DNA of 64,000 bases, taken from sequence record KX397371.1; one strand, written 5' to 3'. The position numbers and the translations under genes are program-made. Shown piece after piece: positions 46,162 through 53,812 of this stretch. The notes under the pieces are model-generated. The model made no database searches. It worked only from the letters and a program-made list of their open reading frames with translations, and was not told the DNA's origin. Every line of letters begins with the position of its first letter. The first letter of the stretch is position 1.

Positions 46162-47226
46162 ATGCCACGTCTCTTAGCGTTCACCGGTGGAGTTGATTCC
46201 ACATGGGTGTTACAGAAGTTAATTCAACAACCGTCTGCTGATGGCGGTGAAGTGATCCATCCGGTTTACATGGATTTCTATCAAGGTTCCCCGGCAGCCT
46301 TTGTCGAGTTCCTGCTTGGCAGCGAAATCGCTCTGCGGTTGTTAAAGCACAACAAAGACAATTATAAAGAGCCGCTGGAATGGCGCTCACCTCCACTGCA
46401 AATCTTCACGAGCTGTATCATCGGTCGTTCAAGCGGAAATGAAAGCCGTCTGATTCAACAGGGTAACACTGTGTTGGGTTTGGCACACCTGATGAATGCG
46501 ATACAAGCTCGACATCCGGGGTCTACCGCCTTAACCGGTTGGAACAAAGCCGACTTCATTGAAAGCAGTGCCCTACAAGGCGAGTGGTCGGAAGAAGACT
46601 ACCTGCGCCTGAAAAAACTCTACAGTGAAATGATGTTCTTCCAAGACCATCACTATCGCTGTTCTCCGCTTCTCACCCCGGCGTGGGATATGGAGAAGAA
46701 AGACATGTGGGATGCACTCCCGACTGATGTGCAAGAACTGATCACTGTGTGTTCAACCTACATGTTTAAGATTTACCATGTTAAGTCCGAAAATGCGCTG
46801 TACATCTCCTGTAACCCACAACACTTCGGTAAGTCTGTGCGGTATCTGGCCCGTGGGATTAACCTCACGGCTGCCTGGCGTATAGCGATTGACGACGAGT
46901 TCCATCGTCGACTCAACACGGACAACGTCCCGAGTAACCACTTCGCTGGAAGCTTCCCAAGTGAGTTGCTATCGTCGACCGAAACGAAGCACCGGCCATC
47001 ACTGCGCATGCGTTCCGATGACCGCAACCTGCAAATCGAAGCCTACAGTATCGATGAGTGGAAAACGAAGTTTGACCATGTAGAAGATATGCTAAAGGTG
47101 GAACGTGAACGAGAACAAGCCGAGTACCGTGCCCAGCGAGAAAAAGAGAAAGCTGAAAATCCGGACAGTGCAAATCGCGAAGTGGCGGAAGGCGAAGTCC
47201 TTATTTCCGACAGTGTCTCTGATTGA
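46162..47226 (+). CDS. QueC-like PP-loop (adenine nucleotide alpha hydrolase) protein
   Basis: LLAFTGGVDSTWVL (SGGxDS variant), PLLTP..MEKKDM..ALP, TVC; the canonical QueC CxxCxxC zinc site is not evident. Confidence 0.65.
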   Translation: MPRLLAFTGGVDSTWVLQKLIQQPSADGGEVIHPVYMDFYQGSPAAFVEFLLGSEIALRLLKHNKDNYKEPLEWRSPPLQIFTSCIIGRSSGNESRLIQQGNTVLGLAHLMNAIQARHPGSTALTGWNKADFIESSALQGEWSEEDYLRLKKLYSEMMFFQDHHYRCSPLLTPAWDMEKKDMWDALPTDVQELITVCSTYMFKIYHVKSENALYISCNPQHFGKSVRYLARGINLTAAWRIAIDDEFHRRLNTDNVPSNHFAGSFPSELLSSTETKHRPSLRMRSDDRNLQIEAYSIDEWKTKFDHVEDMLKVEREREQAEYRAQREKEKAENPDSANREVAEGEVLISDSVSD

Positions 47227-47530
47227 TGTCACGGTCAAATCCGGTATCAAAGCCTTAGCCCCAACGTGGGACTTTCTGATGGAGTACAAGAACTCCGACA
47301 AAGGTCCCGAGGCTGAAGACGCCTACACAAAAAAATATAAAAGCAGAATCCAACAGCTCAAACAGGATGACCCTGATGTGATGTTGGAACTGCTGTATCA
47401 GGATGAGATTATCCTGATGTGTTATTGTCCGGCCGGTAAGTTTTGTCACCGGCTTTTATTAGTTGATGAGTTCAAAGCCTTAGGCGATGAACACAATGTC
47501 GAAGTAACCTACGAAGGAGAAATAGAATGA
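47105..47530 (+). CDS. DUF488-like protein
   Basis: LAPTWDFL, YTKKYKSRI, IILMCYCPAGKFCHRLLL signature; overlaps the upstream gene by 122 nt. Confidence 0.7.
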   Translation: MNENKPSTVPSEKKRKLKIRTVQIAKWRKAKSLFPTVSLIDVTVKSGIKALAPTWDFLMEYKNSDKGPEAEDAYTKKYKSRIQQLKQDDPDVMLELLYQDEIILMCYCPAGKFCHRLLLVDEFKALGDEHNVEVTYEGEIE

Positions 47531-47919
47531 GTTTTGATATCAAGAACGACGCCCTGCGCATCATTGTTCCCGTTGGCACCATTCCCGGTCGTGAAATCCC
47601 GCTGTTCGAAAACGCCACGGCACTGGCAAAAGAAGCCTTTGAAGCCGCAGGCTTTGAGAAGGTGGAACTGGTTGAGAAACCGGCAGCGTTTTTCACCCGT
47701 GCTTACAGCGACAGCGGGCAGGCTTGGGCTGCACTGTATAACTACGGTTTGGTATTACGCTCGTCGTTTACGCCGTACGTCACCATTGAAGAACTGCAAA
47801 AGCACGCAGCCATCATCAATGTGTGGCATGACATCTTCAGCCACAAAATCCCAACGGATACACTGATCAGATTCTCCCCGACCCTGACCATGATTGCCGT
47901 TAACGATTTGGCCAAATAA
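47527..47919 (+). CDS. Hypothetical protein
   Basis: GGAG RBS, ATGA coupling. Confidence 0.75.
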   Translation: MSFDIKNDALRIIVPVGTIPGREIPLFENATALAKEAFEAAGFEKVELVEKPAAFFTRAYSDSGQAWAALYNYGLVLRSSFTPYVTIEELQKHAAIINVWHDIFSHKIPTDTLIRFSPTLTMIAVNDLAK

Positions 47920-47944
47920 ATTAGCACCCACAAGGAGTATCAAC

Positions 47945-48847
47945 ATGCAGGCTCAATTTATCCGCGTACCGTTGTTTTCGAAAAATACCATCTCCGACAA
48001 CATTGTTCTTCAGAATCTAATCGATACCACCCACAAACTTTATACGCTGGCGAAAGACAAGTTTCCGCACATCGAGGGCTATAGCGTCCCCGAAGAAACA
48101 CGCACTTACGTACTGATGGAGAAGTACGCCCGTCCGGCTTATCGCGCATTATCGACGCTGGCACCCGATTCGGAAGAAGCAGCGAAAATCATTGCGTTAT
48201 TGCACGAAGTCTATTGTGGTATCGCGGCGGACGATTGTGTAAACGTCGAACCGACGCCAGCGATGCTGTTGGCTATCAACAATCAGCACCTCCAGTCTGA
48301 CATGTACATGCGTGCTGTGTTAGAAAGTAAACCTGGGTTCATGCGCAGGAGTATTGCTAACAACGGGCCGCGCGTTAAAAACCCTATCAATAAGGATATC
48401 ACGCTTATCGGTGTCGCGGATATGCCTGCCGATATGCAAAAGGCTATTCTCGAAACGATGGCGCGGTTTAACGCAGGCAGAAACACGTTGTTGACTGGCC
48501 GCGACCGTAACATTATTACCGGTCCGGTGAGTTTCAATTTGAATTACCTCGGCGACGGTAAGTGGGAAGCCGATATCCACATTGTGGCTCAATCAGTTTC
48601 CGGACAGATCTGGCAGTTCATCATTGAACGTCTGAAGGCAGACACTGATTCAACCGAAGATAAATATATCATCAACGGTGATAAAATGGTTATCGAGATG
48701 GCCCAAATGTTGCCGGAACGTCAGATGAGTGATGTTGTTATCAAACTGGTCACCAATGGTCTCAAAAACACCATTATCCATGCCCTGTTGGATATCAGCA
48801 AAAACCGTTATCAAAATGAAATTATTCTTCGTTCCCTGAAGAAATAA
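47945..48847 (+). CDS. Hypothetical protein
   Basis: AAGGAG RBS before ATG 47945. Confidence 0.8.
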   Translation: MQAQFIRVPLFSKNTISDNIVLQNLIDTTHKLYTLAKDKFPHIEGYSVPEETRTYVLMEKYARPAYRALSTLAPDSEEAAKIIALLHEVYCGIAADDCVNVEPTPAMLLAINNQHLQSDMYMRAVLESKPGFMRRSIANNGPRVKNPINKDITLIGVADMPADMQKAILETMARFNAGRNTLLTGRDRNIITGPVSFNLNYLGDGKWEADIHIVAQSVSGQIWQFIIERLKADTDSTEDKYIINGDKMVIEMAQMLPERQMSDVVIKLVTNGLKNTIIHALLDISKNRYQNEIILRSLKK

Positions 48848-48871
48848 GCAGTCCCCACAAGGAGTATAAAA

Positions 48872-49390
48872 ATGGAAATGAACTTTTACACTAAGCGAGA
48901 GTTAACGCACCTCGCAATGTTAAAACAACCGGGTATGGCCATTGACCCGGAAATCAAGATTGACCCGCTCAAAGAAGAAATCGCGTTGAGCTACCCGGAA
49001 GCCGAGTGGAACGACTGGTACTGCAAGGTGAAGATGGTGTCTTACGCGCTTCTGGAGCTGGCACGCTACAACACCTGCAAACGTTTGCAAGGTTGGGTCT
49101 GGTATGTGCCCCGTACGCCGTCTCAGTTAGCCTTTGAGACAAATCCCGAAGAGAAGGTGGCTATCCGCCCAGTCATCCACCCTGAGCGCTTAGAGGTCCA
49201 TCTGGAAGCGATTTGGAACCGTCCGCGTACGGAGCTGGCGGAAATCGTTCGCATTATCCAGCGGGTTGAGATGCCGGGACTGACGTGGGTAACCTGGGAC
49301 TCGGTTGATGTCAACAAAAACTTCTGGGTATTAAGCTGGGTCGGTGGACCGTTCCATAACCACAACCATATCTACCTGAACCGGAGATAG
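48872..49390 (+). CDS. Hypothetical protein
   Basis: AAGGAG RBS; Trp-rich. Confidence 0.8.
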   Translation: MEMNFYTKRELTHLAMLKQPGMAIDPEIKIDPLKEEIALSYPEAEWNDWYCKVKMVSYALLELARYNTCKRLQGWVWYVPRTPSQLAFETNPEEKVAIRPVIHPERLEVHLEAIWNRPRTELAEIVRIIQRVEMPGLTWVTWDSVDVNKNFWVLSWVGGPFHNHNHIYLNRR

Positions 49391-49394
49391 CCCG

Positions 49395-49670
49395 ATGCTT
49401 GACCGTCTGCTCTCCTTGATTAACAAACGTCAGCGTGACCTCTTTCAGCGTAACCTGCGTCTGGAAGAACAAAAGCTGGAAGCGGAACAGCGTGTCCGTG
49501 CGCTCGAAAAGGTGGTGTTGGAAATGACCGACGTCGCGATATCGCATTGCGTGGTGATAAAAGCCGGTGTCGAGCGCAGTGACGGGCCATCCATTCGCCT
49601 GTCGACCGATACGCTCCATCAGCGCATGGTGGGCTACCGTACCAAAGTCAAAGAACTGGATTATTTCTGA
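49395..49670 (+). CDS. Hypothetical coiled-coil protein
   Basis: 91 aa, GGAG RBS. Confidence 0.7.
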   Translation: MLDRLLSLINKRQRDLFQRNLRLEEQKLEAEQRVRALEKVVLEMTDVAISHCVVIKAGVERSDGPSIRLSTDTLHQRMVGYRTKVKELDYF

Positions 49671-49996
49671 TGAAAGATGTAACGCCTTTTGATGCCAAGT
49701 CACTCGGTGGGATGTCGCCAGAGCAATCGCTTTCCTACCTCGCAAGGGGTGGGAAGATTCTGGATGACACCGACACAGCTGACCGGTTGTTAACCATGAT
49801 GGTGCCCCTGCGTGATAACTACTACGAGATTGTGCCGCTCGCAACCGAGTATGTGGTACGCACGCCGGGGCGTGAATACGAAGCATTGAGAGCGCCTCGC
49901 AGCGTAGGCGGGGTGATTCTATTGATGCGTAACTTTAACGACGCTGTAGAGCGCTGTGGGCTGTATATCGCCACAGGTGGAGCGGGACACTACTAA
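49670..49996 (+). CDS. Hypothetical protein
   Basis: TGATG coupling. Confidence 0.7.
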   Translation: MKDVTPFDAKSLGGMSPEQSLSYLARGGKILDDTDTADRLLTMMVPLRDNYYEIVPLATEYVVRTPGREYEALRAPRSVGGVILLMRNFNDAVERCGLYIATGGAGHY

Positions 49997-50415
49997 TGTT
50001 TGGATGGCTTACACGACTGTCGAAATTGAAGCAGGAAAACGCCGAGCTAAAAGAGTTGGTGGTAACGCTGCGGGAACTCAATGAAACTGATGAACGTATG
50101 CTTGCATCCACCATGGCTTCCTTAAATGATGACATGATGCGCGGGCGCGTATGGGTCGAGTCATACCGGTGGCACATTTGCCGGATGAACGAATCCACGC
50201 AGAAGTACATCAAGGAATACGAGGAGTCGTATCAAAATACCGCCAAAGAACGAAACATCCACATTAATCACGAACCGATACCGACGTTCGATTTCCCGAC
50301 CTCACCACCGGACGAAATTGTTGTACGTCCCCGTGATAAGTACCGTACGCCGATTCGTGGCACAATAGAGATTAAAGATCTCAGCACGTATATTCAACCA
50401 AAAAAGGAACAGTGA
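49996..50415 (+). CDS. Hypothetical coiled-coil protein
   Basis: TAATG coupling. Confidence 0.7.
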   Translation: MFGWLTRLSKLKQENAELKELVVTLRELNETDERMLASTMASLNDDMMRGRVWVESYRWHICRMNESTQKYIKEYEESYQNTAKERNIHINHEPIPTFDFPTSPPDEIVVRPRDKYRTPIRGTIEIKDLSTYIQPKKEQ

Positions 50416-50834
50416 TGTACCAACTGACATTGTCAAACGGTTTAACAGTTAGCTTAGTTCAACCCACGGTTGAAGATGTGCGCAAGTTCACCCACAACCA
50501 GCGCGATGCCCGCACGTCGCAGACTATGTGGATTCTCAGCGAAAACGGTGAGTTTATCTTACCGAAGTTTGTGAAATCGGAGCGCGGTGAACATCTCGCG
50601 ATTAACCGTTTTCTTGACCGGATGCAAAAGGTCGGTACGGAATATGGCTTAGCCGTGTGTACTGCGGAACTGCCGGACGACCTCGTGCTGATGTCAGATG
50701 AGCTGATGCACCTGTCCGTTGAGTATTTGGCGATTATCGATAACTATTGTAAGTACCCGAATGCCCGTACGTTCATCATGATGTCGAACATGGCGTCGCA
50801 TCTTTGGAACGTGCACCACCGCAAGAAACACTAA
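50412..50834 (+). CDS. Hypothetical protein
   Basis: AAGGA RBS, GTGA coupling. Confidence 0.7.
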   Translation: MMYQLTLSNGLTVSLVQPTVEDVRKFTHNQRDARTSQTMWILSENGEFILPKFVKSERGEHLAINRFLDRMQKVGTEYGLAVCTAELPDDLVLMSDELMHLSVEYLAIIDNYCKYPNARTFIMMSNMASHLWNVHHRKKH

Positions 50835-50858
50835 GAGTAACCTAAAAGGAGTATTAAA

Positions 50859-52199
50859 ATGTTGAAACCTCGTAAAGCAAAAACCGGTCTGGTAATCGTT
50901 ACTCGCTATTCTGCGGGACTCCGTGGATTCCCAGAAGGGTTTGCGGTGTACTTGGGCAAGAAACTTGTTCGCTACATCGATGGCGTAGAAGTCGGTGAGA
51001 TTGTGGGGCCATTAGGTGCACCTACCTTACCGGTCTTTAACCTGCCGAAAACCACCCGTGTGATATATCGCCAATTACAGAATATGTTTTGTCGTGCGAC
51101 CATCGGCATGGGTACCAAATACTACGGCCTGCGTAAGTTAAAGCCGGTCGCTAAAAAGAAAGACACCTACATGGAAGAGTTGCAGGAGTCACTGTTCGGT
51201 AAACCGGATTACAGTCACATCGGTATTAACGCCAACCGTGACGCGGGTATGCAAACGTCGATGGACACGCTGTTTAAGGGCGGGATTCACAACGGTAATG
51301 ACAAACTGGCCCGTAAGATTGCCAATAACCCCGGTGTGTCCGGTGCGTTTGATAATCGTGTTGCCGGACTGCTTCAGCAAGGTACGGGACATTCTTTACT
51401 GACAAGTGACTGTCGCTCCATCCGGTCTATTGCGTTGCAGATGGCGCAGCACAATGTCGATACGGCTATGCGTAAGTTGAACTTCTCTAACGTTACGGTG
51501 CTGTACAGCACCGACGTGTTGAAGGATGTCGAGAACGAACTCCGTACCTGTCACGATGATCGTAACCACATCAACCGAATGCTTGAGCTTCGTAAAACGC
51601 TGCCGTTAGCGGGTACCTACACACTCGTTGATGATCTGGTTAAGCTACCGCTGATGTCTCAATTGACTGAGTCTATCTGCGCAGCCGGTAAACGGGCAAT
51701 GGCAGAACTGCCAACGGAAGACGCCGCTGAGTTGGATGACCCGACTCCAGAGACGTTAGTGGACTGGCTGATTCTGTTCGGTTCACTAAACCAACCGAAG
51801 ACGGTGGACTATCTTTCCACGTTGAACGTCGGTGGCAGTGGGATCTCTTCTGAGGAAACGGCGGCGTTGTATAAGCGCATTCGTGAGCGTGCTGGAATTA
51901 ACGATGGGGATGAAGCAGTTGCCAGAACGGTGGCGATGGCACGGGCAATTAGTCCGCACCTTCACGACCCTTATGCTTACTCACGCGCGTTGCGTAACGG
52001 CGAACCTGTGCTGTACATGGATCTCGAAATGCCGACGGATACCAGTAAGCTCAAAGACCTGTTGGTCAAGGAAGAAGATTTGCCTAAGTTGATGGCCAAC
52101 TACATCAAGGTTCGCCAAGGGGGCAAAGGCGAGATGTTCACCCTCGACTCTATCCCTCGTGAAAACAGCTTATTGAAGGACGAAGACGACAATGCTTAA
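50859..52199 (+). CDS. Hypothetical protein
   Basis: 446 aa, AAGGAG RBS. Confidence 0.8.
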   Translation: MLKPRKAKTGLVIVTRYSAGLRGFPEGFAVYLGKKLVRYIDGVEVGEIVGPLGAPTLPVFNLPKTTRVIYRQLQNMFCRATIGMGTKYYGLRKLKPVAKKKDTYMEELQESLFGKPDYSHIGINANRDAGMQTSMDTLFKGGIHNGNDKLARKIANNPGVSGAFDNRVAGLLQQGTGHSLLTSDCRSIRSIALQMAQHNVDTAMRKLNFSNVTVLYSTDVLKDVENELRTCHDDRNHINRMLELRKTLPLAGTYTLVDDLVKLPLMSQLTESICAAGKRAMAELPTEDAAELDDPTPETLVDWLILFGSLNQPKTVDYLSTLNVGGSGISSEETAALYKRIRERAGINDGDEAVARTVAMARAISPHLHDPYAYSRALRNGEPVLYMDLEMPTDTSKLKDLLVKEEDLPKLMANYIKVRQGGKGEMFTLDSIPRENSLLKDEDDNA

Positions 52200-52764
52200 A
52201 CCGAAGAAACGCAAGGACCGTGTATACTTGATGCGGGCAACGAACGGCGGTTATGTGGTGCGCAGCGAAACCAAACGACGCGCGCTCACCCAAGACGCTA
52301 TCGATGGCATCCTGTTGGTCTACAGTCCAGAGTACAGTTATCCGTGCGCAAACCGTGTAGTGCGATTAGTTCTGGATATGGTTTACCGGAACAATCGTAA
52401 GAAGGTTATGTTGAAAGAGTTCTCGTGGGAAACCTTCACGCCAAGTCCGGAGAAGTTCCGAGTCCCGACTGATGGTGTGATGGGTCGTGAGTTGGATTGG
52501 AGTCGACTTTTGACGAAGCCGGTTATCTCTGAGAACGCGAAAGCGGCGATTGGGGGTTTGGAAATCAAAGGTGTGCAGCTGAAGCAATCGAAGCTTAAAA
52601 CTGACGACATCCAAGAACTGGTTAAAGAGTTCGGGGTTGTCGCGGAGCAGCAACTGATTGACCGCTTCATGCGAAACGAACAACCTACCCAAGAAGAGTA
52701 TGAGCAGGCGCAGGCTATCGGCCGTTTGATGCTCCACCGCTGGTTAGAAAAGCAGAACTGTTAA
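52192..52764 (+). CDS. Hypothetical protein
   Basis: 190 aa, begins MLKPKK like the upstream gene. Confidence 0.75.
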   Translation: MLKPKKRKDRVYLMRATNGGYVVRSETKRRALTQDAIDGILLVYSPEYSYPCANRVVRLVLDMVYRNNRKKVMLKEFSWETFTPSPEKFRVPTDGVMGRELDWSRLLTKPVISENAKAAIGGLEIKGVQLKQSKLKTDDIQELVKEFGVVAEQQLIDRFMRNEQPTQEEYEQAQAIGRLMLHRWLEKQNC

Positions 52765-52773
52765 AAGGCAGTG

Positions 52774-52795
52774 CCCTACTCCTTCGGGAGTAGGG
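52774..52795 (+). terminator. Intrinsic terminator identical to the MCP terminator
   Basis: CCCTACTCC-TTCG-GGAGTAGGG plus T tract. Confidence 0.9.
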
Positions 52796-52832
52796 TTTCT
52801 TCTTTTTTTGTTTACTCGCAATAAAAAATATT

Positions 52833-52861
52833 TCAGATATATATTACCTAGGTGAGAGTTG
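52833..52861 (+). promoter_or_regulatory. Putative early promoter
   Basis: TCAGATATATATTACCTAGGTGAGAGTTG, identical over 29 nt to 5296-5324. Confidence 0.8.
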
Positions 52862-52913
52862 AGTAATAATCTTCTCTTAACCATCCTATTAATAGACTAT
52901 CGAGGAATACATC

Positions 52914-53339
52914 ATGAACACAGTTATCACTCTGAACGACACCATCCGTGAAGTAGCTCGCCGTAACCCAGCAGCTCTGTTATCCGTAGTTGGCATGTAT
53001 GCGGGTACCGGTCGTGTCAATGATATCCCGGTGGAAACACTGGAAGCTGCAATCGAGAAAGCGCACGAAGCAGGACGCAACACACCTGTTCCTAATCGTG
53101 AAAATTTCGACAGTGACATGGCCTACAACGACCAAGTCAATCAGCTGACCATCATCAAAGCACTGGCAACTAATCTCTGCTATGGCTTTACTGCGGATAA
53201 CATCCCAGACATGATTGATGAAATGTACGACCGTATGGAAAGTCATGAAGAAGTGTGGGATGCCTACACGGCCATCACTGTATCCACGCGTCGGATGGAA
53301 GAAGCTTTCATGGAGAAAGCGAAAACCGAACTGTTCTAA
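52914..53339 (+). CDS. Early hypothetical protein
   Basis: GAGGA RBS; terminator-like hairpin at 53347-53370. Confidence 0.8.
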   Translation: MNTVITLNDTIREVARRNPAALLSVVGMYAGTGRVNDIPVETLEAAIEKAHEAGRNTPVPNRENFDSDMAYNDQVNQLTIIKALATNLCYGFTADNIPDMIDEMYDRMESHEEVWDAYTAITVSTRRMEEAFMEKAKTELF

Positions 53340-53411
53340 TATACCTACCCCTACCCAATTGGGTAGGGGTTAACTTAACTTATCTTAAAATATAAATACT
53401 GGAGAATCACC

Positions 53412-53633
53412 ATGCGCAACTTATTCACTACTAACAAAGCTATCGTTGAAACTGTTAAACCTGCTGGCAAGAAAGAAGACATGCTGGACCTGCTGCTGAA
53501 ACTGAACAGCAATGAGCTGACCGCAGTTATGGCTGAGATGAAAAAGGGTGACCCTATGGTCAGCAAAGTCGAAGCCATCTACGACCGCAAGTCTGATGGC
53601 AAGATGAAAAGCACCATGCTGTTCATGTGCTAA
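53412..53633 (+). CDS. Small early hypothetical protein
   Basis: GGAG RBS, strong codon bias, 73 aa. Confidence 0.8.
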   Translation: MRNLFTTNKAIVETVKPAGKKEDMLDLLLKLNSNELTAVMAEMKKGDPMVSKVEAIYDRKSDGKMKSTMLFMC

Positions 53634-53812
53634 GGGTAAATGATGCGACAACCAATACGCTGACTCTCGGTTACCCGAGAGTCAGCTGAGGCGTGTGTGT
53701 CATTTATTTTTTTTGATTTTTCCCGTGGTTGACACACTCTTCTTTTTTCTTGTTGGATAAGTGGCAAAATGCTATGGACGTCACCCCTTCACTTACATGA
53801 GGAACATGCACC

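Noticed and set aside
47927-48867. Repeated CCCACAAGGAGTAT (also about 33811)
   Set aside because: Mostly the Shine-Dalgarno itself; insufficient evidence for a separate element.
52005-52035. VLYMDLEMP resembling DnaB motif H2 in the 50859 protein
   Set aside because: No Walker A or other helicase motifs in the protein.
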